From the NCBI GenBank assembly GCA_963668315.1, contig OY764216.1:3968001-4032000 (forward strand): a stretch of DNA of 64,000 bases. The letters run 5' to 3'. The DNA comes from Spirochaetia bacterium. Lineage in GTDB: Bacteria; Spirochaetota; Spirochaetia; DSM-2461. A model generated the notes under the pieces. The model had not been told where the DNA came from. It worked only from the letters and a program-made list of their open reading frames with translations, and did no database searches. Within the stretch, counting starts at the first letter, position 1. Every line of letters starts with the position of its first letter. Position numbers and translations under genes: made by a program. Positions 19,901-29,642 of the stretch are shown here, piece after piece.

Positions 19901-20047
19901 GGATAACAGAATAGCAGGATTTTTTATAAAGTGCAATTAGACGTCGAGCGATTGACTTTTAATTATACATATGATAATTTTTTGTCAAGAATAATAGAGC
20001 CGATCCGACAGTACCGGATTTACCGTCAGGCTCACAGGGAGTATGTG

Positions 20048-20929
20048 ATGAAAATTGCGTTAATATTTCCCGGCCAGGGATCTCAGGTCAAGGGTATGGG
20101 AAAGGACATTCTCGACAAATTCCCCAGGGGATATGAAATCCTGGGAGAAGCCAATTGCTGTCTTGACTACGATATGGAAAAACTGATTCTGGAAGATCCG
20201 GATAATCAGCTCAACAGCACTCAGTTTACCCAGCCCGCCCTCTATACGGTATGCGCCATCTACACGAACTACCTCAGGGAAAAGGGCATCAACTGGCATG
20301 TGACCGCCGGGCACAGCCTGGGAGAATATGCCGCTCTCTACGCTGCCGGAGTTTTCTCCTTTATGGACGGTTTGAAACTCGTGGCGAAAAGAGGCGAGCT
20401 TATGGGTCAGATCAATGATCCCGCCGTCGGCATGGGCGCCGTCGTGGGACTGACCGGTTCTGAAGTGGCCGAAAGCATCAAGGCCTATGAAAATCTGTAT
20501 ATTGCCAATCTCAATGCTCCCGAGCAGACCGTTGTCAGCGGAAGCAAGGAAGACATAAACGCCATGGCTTCTGCCCTGAAAGAGGCGGGGAAGGGACGGC
20601 TGATTCCCCTGAGGGTATCCGGAGCGTTCCACTCCCCCTTCATGAAACCCATAGTAGAGGATTTTATCAAGGCCGTGGAAGCCTGCCCCTTTACCGATGC
20701 GTCCATGGATGTCTATCCCAATGTTAAAGCTTCCGCCCTGCGCGACAGCAGCGCGATCAAGGAGTGTCTCATAGAACAGATTACCGGACAGGTGAAATGG
20801 ACAGAGACGGTAAGGCAGATGGAAGCTGACGGTATTACCCATCACTTCGAGGCGGGCCCTGGCAAAGTGCTCGCCGGACTGATGAAAAAGTGTTCCGGTT
20901 CGATCATTCCCCTGGAAATCGAACTTTAG
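20048..20929 (+). CDS. fabD: Malonyl-CoA:ACP transacylase
   Basis: FPGQGSQ, TQPAL, GHSLGEY and VSGAFHS; GGGAG RBS before ATG 20048. Confidence 0.95.
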   Translation: MKIALIFPGQGSQVKGMGKDILDKFPRGYEILGEANCCLDYDMEKLILEDPDNQLNSTQFTQPALYTVCAIYTNYLREKGINWHVTAGHSLGEYAALYAAGVFSFMDGLKLVAKRGELMGQINDPAVGMGAVVGLTGSEVAESIKAYENLYIANLNAPEQTVVSGSKEDINAMASALKEAGKGRLIPLRVSGAFHSPFMKPIVEDFIKAVEACPFTDASMDVYPNVKASALRDSSAIKECLIEQITGQVKWTETVRQMEADGITHHFEAGPGKVLAGLMKKCSGSIIPLEIEL

Positions 20930-21212
20930 TTCATTGTTAATTTTTTCTGCTCCGGCCGCGATTTCTCTCCGATTTCCCCAGCGGCCGGAGCAATTCATAT
21001 TTTGAAGGCAGGATAAAAAGGTATCGTTTTATTTATTTTATAGATAACCATTTATAAATTACTCCCCGTTCTCGGAACGCCATAGCCAACTTTTCAGTCC
21101 CTGATAAAACGATTGACTATTACCTTTTCCCGTGTTATATCTATTTTATAAGTGTTTTATTTAGCTGGATTGTTAATCCCGCTTACCACAGTCTTTCCCA
21201 AGGAAAATCCGT

Positions 21213-21986
21213 ATGAATTTTTTTGACACTCACGCTCACATTGGGCTTATCAATGAAGATCCCATAGAGCAGCTGATTATTGCTCAGGAAGCAAAACAGG
21301 AAAATATTTCCCATATTATAAGCGTTACTAACAATCTGGCCGATTTCGAGCAGGTTTACAATAATCTGCAGACTGCCAGTAATGTCTATTTCGCCATAGG
21401 CGTCTCTCCCTCCGAGGTAAATCATCCGGGCAGGGACTGGAAGCAGGTCATCTATGACGGCATCCAGAAAGACCGGGTCATCGCCATTGGTGAAACCGGG
21501 CTGGATTATTATAAGAAATTCGGCGACAAGAGCTCCCAGGTGGAACTTTTCATCGCCCAGCTCGAGCTGGCCCAGACCTATAATCTGCCCGTCATAATCC
21601 ACAACAGAACGGCCGGCCAGGATATCCTCGACATTCTATCCGACCGCGTTCCCGACAGGGGCGGTGTACTCCACTGCTACTCGGAAGACTGGAATTATGC
21701 CGCCCAGGTGCTGGAGCAGCACGACAATATCTATTTCTCCTTTGCCGGTAATGTCACTTACCGCAACGCCAAGAATCTGCACGAAACGGTAATCAATCTT
21801 CCCCTCGACCGGATTGTCATAGAAAGCGAAGCGCCCTTCATGATTCCCGCCGAATTCAAGGGAAAGAGAAACAGACCCCTTTATCTGCCTTCCACGGCGC
21901 GTTTCATAGCGGATCTCCGCGATGAAGATGAAGAAGAAGTCATGACGGCCCTTCACCAGAATGCCTGCCGTCTTTTCGGGTTATAG
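21213..21986 (+). CDS. tatD: TatD family hydrolase
   Basis: DTHAH, AIGETGLDY, IIHNR, LHCYS and ESEAPF. Confidence 0.92.
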   Translation: MNFFDTHAHIGLINEDPIEQLIIAQEAKQENISHIISVTNNLADFEQVYNNLQTASNVYFAIGVSPSEVNHPGRDWKQVIYDGIQKDRVIAIGETGLDYYKKFGDKSSQVELFIAQLELAQTYNLPVIIHNRTAGQDILDILSDRVPDRGGVLHCYSEDWNYAAQVLEQHDNIYFSFAGNVTYRNAKNLHETVINLPLDRIVIESEAPFMIPAEFKGKRNRPLYLPSTARFIADLRDEDEEEVMTALHQNACRLFGL

Positions 21987-22976
21987 ATGTCTGCCGGCCT
22001 TTACAGACCGGTAAGCATAGGAACCCTGTCCTTACCGGGCAACCTTTTCCTGGCTCCCCTGGCCGGTTTTACCGACCGGGCTTTCCGCGGTACCTCCGTT
22101 GAATGGGGAGCCGATCTTACCTACACGGAAATGATCTCCTGCGAGGCGGTTTTCCGGGATAACCGGAAAACCCTGGATATGATGTCCCGGGACGAACGGG
22201 AGAAGAACTTCGCCATTCAGGTCTTTTCAGGCACCGTGGAAGCGGCGGAACAGTCCATTGAGAAGGTTCTGAAATACTCCCCTTCCCTCATCGATCTCAA
22301 CTGCGGCTGTCCCGTTCCGAAAATTGTCAAATCCGGAGCAGGATCGGCTCTGATGAGAGAGCCGGAGAAAATCGGAGCCATCGTGAGAGCCCTGAAAACC
22401 GGTCATGATACCCCGGTGACAGTGAAAATCCGCACAGGCTGGGACATGCAGTCCCGTAACTACCGGGAAGCTGCCGAAATAGCCGTCGAGGCGGGAGCCG
22501 CCGCCGTGACGATACACGGCCGGACGAAGAGTCAGGGCTACAGCGGTACAGCCGACTGGGGTCCGCTCAGGGAATTGACCGGCCTCCTTCCCGTTCCCGT
22601 TTTCGGTTCGGGTGATCTTTTCACACCCCGCGATGCCGAAAGAATGCTCGAAGAGACCGGATGCGCCGGAGTGATGTTCGCCCGGGGAGCCATCGGCAAT
22701 CCCTTTATTTTCCGCCAGACCCGACATCTTCTGAAAGAAAATGAGGATATGCCCCCTCTCTCGGCGGAAGAGAGGCTGAAAACAGCCTTGAGCCAATACC
22801 GTCACTCCCTGAGCTATCTCGATGAAGAGAAGGCATCCAAGGAGATACGCAAACATCTCTGCGCCTATTCCAAGGGCATACCCGGATCATCGGCTCTCAG
22901 GAATGATCTGGTCCATGCCGTCAGTGCCGAAGAGTTCGAAAAACTTATATTTGATTTCCTATCCGCTATGGAGTAA
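21987..22976 (+). CDS. dusB: tRNA-dihydrouridine synthase B
   Basis: LAPLAG, DLNCGCPV, GSALM, VKIRTGW, HGRT and ARGAIGNP. Confidence 0.93.
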   Translation: MSAGLYRPVSIGTLSLPGNLFLAPLAGFTDRAFRGTSVEWGADLTYTEMISCEAVFRDNRKTLDMMSRDEREKNFAIQVFSGTVEAAEQSIEKVLKYSPSLIDLNCGCPVPKIVKSGAGSALMREPEKIGAIVRALKTGHDTPVTVKIRTGWDMQSRNYREAAEIAVEAGAAAVTIHGRTKSQGYSGTADWGPLRELTGLLPVPVFGSGDLFTPRDAERMLEETGCAGVMFARGAIGNPFIFRQTRHLLKENEDMPPLSAEERLKTALSQYRHSLSYLDEEKASKEIRKHLCAYSKGIPGSSALRNDLVHAVSAEEFEKLIFDFLSAME

Positions 22977-23064
22977 ACTTTTTTTAAAGACCTGCGCTTG
23001 ACATTTTAAAATCTATATATTATTTTTTCTATATTAATTTCGGAATATTAAAAGAGAGGTATAT

Positions 23065-25074
23065 ATGGAGAAACTGTTAATCATCGGCGGGGTAGCCGTC
23101 GGAGCCACTGCCGCAGCAAGAGCCAGAAGAATGAATCCCGATCTGGACATCACCATTCTGGAAGCCGGAGAGGATGTATCCTTTGCCAACTGCGGGCTCC
23201 CCTATTACATAGCGGGGGACATTACATCGCGCAGCAAGCTGATTCTTCAGAGTCCAGAAAGTTTCCACTCCCAGTATAATGTCAAAGTAAAGACCCTCAC
23301 CGAGGCCCTCAGGATTGACAGGAACAGCAAAATCGTAACCGCTCTCAACCATAAAACCGGAAAAGAGGAAGTGTATTCCTATGACAAACTTATCCTGGCC
23401 CAGGGCGGAAAACCTTTCATTCCCGGACTGGAGGGAGTGGACAGGGACCATGTCTTCTCCCTCTGGACATTGAACGACATGGACCGGATCAACAGCTTCA
23501 TAGAGGACAACAGCCCCAAGAAAGCCGTGGTGGTGGGGGGCGGATTCATCGGCCTTGAAATGGTGGAAGCCCTGACGAAGCGGGGAATGTCCGTGAGCGT
23601 CATAGAGATGGCCCCCCATGTCATGCCTCTGCTCGAAGGGGAAATCGCCGCCGCTCTTCAGGAAGAGATGGAAGCCCGTTCGGTTAATCTCTATACGGGA
23701 AAAGCCCTGACCGGCATAACAGAAAAAAACGTAGTCCTTAATGACGGAACAGAAGTTCCCGCCGATATGGTTCTTATGTCCGTAGGCGTCCGGCCCACCC
23801 TTCAGCTGGCCAAGGACTCCGGACTGGAGCTGGGACCCTCCGGCGGCCTCCTGGTCAATACCAGGCTTGAAACAAGCGACCCCTCCATTTTCGCCGGCGG
23901 CGACATGGCGGAAATCAATCACAGAGTACTGAATAAAACCGTAAGAATCCCCCTGGCCGGTCCTGCCAACAGGCAGGGACGCATAGCCGCCAATAACGCC
24001 GCAGCCGGCAAGGGAATGGAGTACAAAGGTTCCCAGGGAACGTCCATCGTCCGCTTCTTCGATGCCGTAGCGGGAAGTACGGGCATCAATCTGAAGCAGG
24101 CCCGGGACGCCGGAATCAATGCGGAATCGGTTGTCATCCGTAAGGAAAATCACGTGGGTTACTATCCGGGCGGAAAAATGATGACCATCATGGTTATCTA
24201 CGAACGGGAATCGGGTAAAGTCCTCGGTGCCCAGCTTTCCGGCGAAGCCGGAGTGGACCGCCGCCTGGATGTCCTTTCCACCGCCATCTACGGAGGACTG
24301 ACAGTGGCCGATCTTTCCGAACTCGACCTGGCCTATGCACCTCCCTTCGGCTCGGCCAACGATCCTGTCAATATCGCCGGATTCGTGGCGGAGAACAGAA
24401 TGTCCGGCTACAGCCCGGTGATCACCGCCTCTGAGCTGGAAGAGAAAATTGCCGGCAAGAAGATACTCTTCATCGATATAAGGGATGTCTTCACCTATCG
24501 GAAAGGCCATGTGGAAGGATCGGTCAATATAGCGGCCGAGCAGGTCAGCAGCCAGCTGCACAACCTGGAGAAAAACACCCCCATCCTCGTCTGTGACGAT
24601 ACGGGGAAAGTGGCCCATCGGGTGGTACGCTCTCTTATTCTGGACGGATTTGAGGATGTATGCTATATCTCCGGCGGTTACCCCAGCCTGGAAAGATACC
24701 AGAGAGCCTTCGGGTTCGCATCGCTCCAGGTAGGCATGGCCCCCATAGAAGAGAAATCTCTGGAAGGACACATGCCTCAGGACCGGGCGGACGACAGGGA
24801 AGAAACCGTGGAAATCCAGGAAGAGGGAAAACTGATTATTGACGTGCGGACCCCAGAGGAATTCGAAATGGGAGCCTTTCCCGGAGCGGTCAATATTCCT
24901 TTGGATGAACTTCCCGTCAGAATGGAGGAACTCGGCTCCAAAGACAGGGAAATGGTTCTCTATTGCGCCTCAGGCGCACGAAGCGCCTATGCCATGAGAT
25001 TTCTGCAGGACGCGGGATTCACCAATATGACCAACGGCGGCGGCATTATGCAGATGATGTCCCAGGCAATGTAA
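23065..25074 (+). CDS. CoA-disulfide/persulfide reductase-like flavoprotein with two C-terminal rhodanese domains
   Basis: GGVAVG, SFANCGLPY, GGGFIGLE and YAPPF; rhodanese 1 (IDIRD..H..GSVNI) and rhodanese 2 (DVRTPEEF..YCASGARS). Confidence 0.9.
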   Translation: MEKLLIIGGVAVGATAAARARRMNPDLDITILEAGEDVSFANCGLPYYIAGDITSRSKLILQSPESFHSQYNVKVKTLTEALRIDRNSKIVTALNHKTGKEEVYSYDKLILAQGGKPFIPGLEGVDRDHVFSLWTLNDMDRINSFIEDNSPKKAVVVGGGFIGLEMVEALTKRGMSVSVIEMAPHVMPLLEGEIAAALQEEMEARSVNLYTGKALTGITEKNVVLNDGTEVPADMVLMSVGVRPTLQLAKDSGLELGPSGGLLVNTRLETSDPSIFAGGDMAEINHRVLNKTVRIPLAGPANRQGRIAANNAAAGKGMEYKGSQGTSIVRFFDAVAGSTGINLKQARDAGINAESVVIRKENHVGYYPGGKMMTIMVIYERESGKVLGAQLSGEAGVDRRLDVLSTAIYGGLTVADLSELDLAYAPPFGSANDPVNIAGFVAENRMSGYSPVITASELEEKIAGKKILFIDIRDVFTYRKGHVEGSVNIAAEQVSSQLHNLEKNTPILVCDDTGKVAHRVVRSLILDGFEDVCYISGGYPSLERYQRAFGFASLQVGMAPIEEKSLEGHMPQDRADDREETVEIQEEGKLIIDVRTPEEFEMGAFPGAVNIPLDELPVRMEELGSKDREMVLYCASGARSAYAMRFLQDAGFTNMTNGGGIMQMMSQAM

Positions 25075-25083
25075 GAGGGCTCC

Positions 25084-25446
25084 ATGGAAAGAAATTACGC
25101 CATTATCATAGGCCTGTTTTTCGCCTTCTATCTTTATAAAATTATTTCGGGAAGACTGAAATACTCCCGCCTGGTTAAGCTGATGGATTCGGGCACTCCC
25201 TTTACCCTGATAGACGTCAGGACTTCCGGGGAATACGCCGCGGGTCATATTCCGGGAGCCCAGAACATATCCCACGAAACCATCGGAAGCTCTCTCAAGA
25301 AGACGGCGAAGGACAGGGAAATCGTGGTTTACTGTCAGAGCGGTTCCCGCGCATCGGCGGCTAAGGCGGCCCTTGCGGGCAAGGGATATACCAACGTATG
25401 GAACTTCGGCGGCCTGTCCCGATGGAGAGGGAAGCTGGAAAAGTAA
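25084..25446 (+). CDS. Membrane-anchored rhodanese domain protein
   Basis: N-terminal TM, DVRTSGEYAAGHIPGA and YCQSGSRA. Confidence 0.9.
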   Translation: MERNYAIIIGLFFAFYLYKIISGRLKYSRLVKLMDSGTPFTLIDVRTSGEYAAGHIPGAQNISHETIGSSLKKTAKDREIVVYCQSGSRASAAKAALAGKGYTNVWNFGGLSRWRGKLEK

Positions 25447-25459
25447 TCCAACGGGACAT

Positions 25460-25504
25460 AAAAAACCCCTCCGCGGATTAGGATGCGGAGGGGTTTCTTT
25501 TTTT
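25460..25504. terminator. Bidirectional intrinsic terminator
   Basis: AAAAAA-CCCCTCCGC...GCGGAGGGG-TTTCTTTTTTT between convergent genes. Confidence 0.85.
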
Positions 25505-25513
25505 AAGGATCGG

Positions 25514-26902
25514 TTATTTAACCCTTTTATAGTTCTTGATTTCCTGGCGGATTCTGGTCTCCAGCTCAGCCAGCGGAACCCTCACCTGCTCCATGGAATC
25601 TCTGAAACGGAGAGTGACCGATTTGTCCTCTTTCGTATCATAGTCGATGGTGATGCAGAAGGGCGTTCCGATCTCGTCCATGCGGCGGTACCTTCTTCCG
25701 ATAGCGCCTCCCTGATCGTAGAAGGTGGTGAAGGACTCTTTCAGTTCCGTCTCCACGTCCTTGGCCAGCTCGGCCAGACCGTCCTTCTTCACCAGGGGCA
25801 TAACGCCGACAGTGACGGGAGCGACATTGGGATGGAGGTGGAGAACGGTCCTTACATCGGGTTTCCCGTCCTTGTCTTCGCCGATGGTCTCTTCGTGGTA
25901 GGCATCCATCAGACAGATGAGCACACTCCGGGTAAGACCGGCCGAGGTTTCCACGACATAGGGGATATAGCGGCTGTTGTCGGTCTGATCGAGGTAATTG
26001 ATCTCCTTGCCGCAGTACTTGCTGTGCTGACCCAAGTCGTAATCGGTACGGGAGTGGATACCCTCCTGCTCTTCCCAGCCGAAGGGATACTGGTATTCAA
26101 CGTCAAAGGCGTCCTTGGCGTAAAATGCCAGCTCATCCGGACCGTGCTGATGGAACCGCAGGTTATCTTCGAGAATACCCAGCCTGTTTTTGTAGTAGGC
26201 CATTCTCTCTTTCTTCCAGTAATCGAACCATTCGTCTTCCGTGCCGGGCTTGACGAAGAACTGCATCTCCATCTGCTCGAACTCACAGGTACGGAAGATG
26301 AAGTTTTTCGTGGTTATCTCGTTTCTGAAGGCCTTTCCCACCTGGGCGATTCCGAAGGGAATCTGCACGCGGCTGGTGTCGACAACATTCTTGAAGTTCA
26401 CGAAAATACCCTGGGCCGTTTCGGGCCTCAGATAGACGATGGAACCGGAATCCGCAACGGGTCCCAGATTCGTGGAAAACATCAGGTTGAACTGACGGGG
26501 CTCGGTCAGCTCACCGCCGCACTCGGGACATTTTTTACTTTTGATCACTTCCGGATCAAGCTTGTCTTCCCGGAACCGGGTCTTGCACTCTTTACAGTCC
26601 ACCAGGGGATCGGAAAAGTTGGCCACATGGCCGGAGGCCTCCCAGGTTTTGGGGTGCATCATGATTGCCGCATCCAGTCCCACGATATTATCGTGCATGC
26701 GAACCATCTCTTTCCACCAGATTTTCTGAATGTTATTCTTCAGTTCGGAACCGAGGGGACCGTAGTCCCAGGTAGCGGAAAGGCCGCCGTAGATTTCGCT
26801 GGAAGGATAGACAAATCCTCTCCTCTTGGCCAGGGAGACGATTTTCTCCATACTAGCGCCATACTGGTTGGTGATGGTGTTCGCTTTTTTCTCTTTTGCC
26901 AT
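25514..26902 (-). CDS. glyQS: Glycine-tRNA ligase (alpha2 homodimeric type)
   Basis: KRRGF, YLRPETAQG, FRNEIT..NFIFRTCEFEQME and IGRRYRRMDEIGTPF. Confidence 0.97.
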   Translation of the reverse strand: MAKEKKANTITNQYGASMEKIVSLAKRRGFVYPSSEIYGGLSATWDYGPLGSELKNNIQKIWWKEMVRMHDNIVGLDAAIMMHPKTWEASGHVANFSDPLVDCKECKTRFREDKLDPEVIKSKKCPECGGELTEPRQFNLMFSTNLGPVADSGSIVYLRPETAQGIFVNFKNVVDTSRVQIPFGIAQVGKAFRNEITTKNFIFRTCEFEQMEMQFFVKPGTEDEWFDYWKKERMAYYKNRLGILEDNLRFHQHGPDELAFYAKDAFDVEYQYPFGWEEQEGIHSRTDYDLGQHSKYCGKEINYLDQTDNSRYIPYVVETSAGLTRSVLICLMDAYHEETIGEDKDGKPDVRTVLHLHPNVAPVTVGVMPLVKKDGLAELAKDVETELKESFTTFYDQGGAIGRRYRRMDEIGTPFCITIDYDTKEDKSVTLRFRDSMEQVRVPLAELETRIRQEIKNYKRVK

Positions 26903-27028
26903 TATGCCTTACTCCTTTTTAACACACCGCTGGATACGGCACGTTGCGTTCCGGGAATACCCCGGAACAGGTGGGGTTATTTTAGAGTTTTTTCTTCTCT
27001 TCTGCAACTGAGGATTCAGTTTTTTCCT

Positions 27029-28123
27029 TTATTCGACAATGCAGAAATCCCTGGTCCAGCCTTCGATCGCATCTTCCGGCAGATCAAGGTCATATCTGGT
27101 TCCGTTAAACCAATAACAGGGAGTGGGGACCTCCACATCCGCACAGGTATAACCGCAAAGATAAATATCCGAAGCATTAACATGAATTGCATAAACTTCG
27201 GAATAACAACTGGTGTTTAAAGCAGCTAAACTTACCCATTCTCCATTTTTCCAATAACCGGGGATTTCTTCTCCGCCGACATGGCTGATTCCCCCCACAT
27301 AGATGGTGTCGCCCCAAAGAGTCAGATCTCCCAGGTCTGCGTAATCGGAAGAGAGTTCCTGCCAGACCCCATTAATCCAATATCCGGCTCTTTTTTCTCC
27401 TGTATTTCCTTCTGTACAGCAAAAACCCAATGCATAAACTTTATCTCCGGAAATAAGCATTGATACAACCTCAGCATCTTCACCGGCATATTCCGGGGTC
27501 AAATCGACCCATACACTGTTTTTCCAGTATCCCGGAAAATTCAGTGAAATATCCGTCGAATAACTCACAAAATAGCCTCCGATATAAACATCTCCGTCCG
27601 AAATATACATATCTGTTGCAAATGCTTCGTTATCGGAATCCTTAACGGGTAATTCATTCCATAGTCCGTCCTGCCAATATCCCGGAATATTACTTGAAGT
27701 ATCATCATTTATACAATTCCCCAGAATGTAAACCGAACTATCATAGGAGGATAGAGAAATAGCTTCTCCGCTTGTTGAACCATCCGGGAAGGGAAGTGAG
27801 AACCAGTTCCCGCTTTTCCAATACCCGGGAGTAGAAGATGATCCAAATTCATCGTTAAAGCGACAGCCTGTGATATATAGGTCATTTTCAAATGCTTTGA
27901 TTTCATGGGTATATGATTCAAAGCTCCTGTCAGTCACAGGAAGCGCCGTCCAGTCACCGTTATACCAATAGCCGGCATGCGCCTGGTAGGTATTATCCCA
28001 GCACTCACCGCTGACATATATACCCGGTTCAATAATACCTGTTCCGACAGAATCTCCCGTCCCATCGGCACACCCCGTCAGGAATAGAGCCGGCAGGAGA
28101 AATCCGATTATCGATTTTTTCAT
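27029..28123 (-). CDS. Lipoprotein with seven (P/A)GYWxNGxW repeats (probable beta-propeller)
   Basis: Lipobox LTGC and seven ~50-aa repeats; visibly more AT-rich than its neighbours. Confidence 0.8.
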   Translation of the reverse strand: MKKSIIGFLLPALFLTGCADGTGDSVGTGIIEPGIYVSGECWDNTYQAHAGYWYNGDWTALPVTDRSFESYTHEIKAFENDLYITGCRFNDEFGSSSTPGYWKSGNWFSLPFPDGSTSGEAISLSSYDSSVYILGNCINDDTSSNIPGYWQDGLWNELPVKDSDNEAFATDMYISDGDVYIGGYFVSYSTDISLNFPGYWKNSVWVDLTPEYAGEDAEVVSMLISGDKVYALGFCCTEGNTGEKRAGYWINGVWQELSSDYADLGDLTLWGDTIYVGGISHVGGEEIPGYWKNGEWVSLAALNTSCYSEVYAIHVNASDIYLCGYTCADVEVPTPCYWFNGTRYDLDLPEDAIEGWTRDFCIVE

Positions 28124-28196
28124 TTTACCCTCTATTAAATAATAAACAGAGGGATGATACCACCGGAGGGAAAAGTGATCAACAACTTTTCATTCA

Positions 28197-29642
28197 TCAG
28201 CTTATGGCAGAGGTGAACCCGCCCTTGTCGCTCGGGACCAGACTGATTTTCCTGTCCAGACAGTTGGGCGTGCTCCCCTCATTGTGGGTCACATAGATCA
28301 GCGTCAGATCCTCAATCATCCCCAGATTCTCACAGAGGGTCACTATCTCGTCTCTGTGTCTGTCGTCCAGGCCCTGGCAGGGTTCATCCAGGATGAGCAG
28401 GGGGGGAGATTTCACCAGGGAGCGGGCGATAAGGGCCATTCTCTTCTCTCCGAAGGAGACTTCCTCAAAGGAACGGTTTCCCATGGCACCGAGACCGCAG
28501 AACTCCAGCCAGTCCCGGGCCGTCTGCTTCTGCTGTTCCGTCGGTTTGTCATAAAGGCCGATGGAATCGAAAAAACCGGAGAGAACGACCCCCAGAAGGG
28601 GCGACCGGACCCGGTAATTCATCTGGAAGCCGCCCGAAACATGGCCTATTTTTTCCTTGATCTCCCAAACCGATTCCCCGGTGCCCTTTTTTCTGCCGAA
28701 AAGGGAGATATCATTGCCGTAAGCCTTGGGGTTATCCCCGTTGATCAGACTCAGCAGGGTTGATTTTCCGGCGCCGTTCGGTCCGGAAAGCAGCCATTTC
28801 TCTCCCCGGGTGACGACCCAGTCCAGATCCGTCAGAATCGGCTTATCACCATAGGAGACATTGACGGCCCGGCACTGTATGAGGCTGCGGCCCGTCCCTT
28901 CCCTTTCTTCCCCCCGGGGATGATAGGGCGATTCCACCCTCTCAGTCCTGACTGTCCGTGATTCAAGAAAGGCATCGCCCCCGTCGGGGGAGCCGAAATA
29001 GCCTATTTTCCCCTCTTCCATGATCAGCCAGTGGGACGAACCGGCGGGCAAATCCTCCCTGCGCCCGGAGATCACAATCAGCGTCACCCCCTGTTCGGAG
29101 AGAAGGTCGATCTGCTCCTTCAGGTAGGCGGCGGCCTCCCGGTCCAGCCCGTCATAGGGGTCATCCATGACGAGGATTTCCGGCTGTTCCCACAGAGCCC
29201 GGGCCACCATGGTCTTCCGGAACTCACCCGTGGAGAGATACCGCAGTCCCCGATCGGCAATGCGCCATAAATCCAGACTTTTCAGAAGGCCTTCCAGCTC
29301 CTCCCCGGCTCCTCCGGGCCGTCCCTCCTGAATCCACTCCTTCAGACTTCTCCCGGGATTCTCGGCTCCGTTTCCATCGAAAAAACGGCTGTCGTCCCGC
29401 AGTCTTTCCTCTTCCAATACGGCTTCCTGCTTCTCAAAAGAGACATAGGAGGGCTTAAGACGGAACTCAATCTTACCCGAAGAGGGATGGATATCCCCCG
29501 CCAGGATTTTGCCCAGCAGCGTCTTTCCGCTCCCGTTAGCCCCCGTGACAGCCAGACAATCGCCTTCGCTAAGGGAAAAATCCAATTCCTGAAGCAGAAT
29601 CTTCCGCCCCGCCTTATATGATACATCTGTCAGTTTGATCAT
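28197..29642 (-). CDS. modF: Dual-domain ABC ATPase, ModF-like
   Basis: Two Walker A motifs (GANGSGKT, GPNGAGKST), LSTGE, and GTGESVWEIKEKIG characteristic of ModF. Confidence 0.82.
   Translation of the reverse strand: MIKLTDVSYKAGRKILLQELDFSLSEGDCLAVTGANGSGKTLLGKILAGDIHPSSGKIEFRLKPSYVSFEKQEAVLEEERLRDDSRFFDGNGAENPGRSLKEWIQEGRPGGAGEELEGLLKSLDLWRIADRGLRYLSTGEFRKTMVARALWEQPEILVMDDPYDGLDREAAAYLKEQIDLLSEQGVTLIVISGRREDLPAGSSHWLIMEEGKIGYFGSPDGGDAFLESRTVRTERVESPYHPRGEEREGTGRSLIQCRAVNVSYGDKPILTDLDWVVTRGEKWLLSGPNGAGKSTLLSLINGDNPKAYGNDISLFGRKKGTGESVWEIKEKIGHVSGGFQMNYRVRSPLLGVVLSGFFDSIGLYDKPTEQQKQTARDWLEFCGLGAMGNRSFEEVSFGEKRMALIARSLVKSPPLLILDEPCQGLDDRHRDEIVTLCENLGMIEDLTLIYVTHNEGSTPNCLDRKISLVPSDKGGFTSAIS

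Noticed and set aside
23077..24771. 564-aa minus-strand ORF
   Set aside because: Antisense shadow of the CoADR-rhodanese gene.
26903..27028. T-box or glycine riboswitch upstream of glyQS
   Set aside because: The leader is about 70 nt and lacks the T-box consensus and a terminator.
25373..27220. 615-aa plus-strand ORF
   Set aside because: It is antisense to glyQS, has no recognisable motifs, and is an expected shadow of codon bias.
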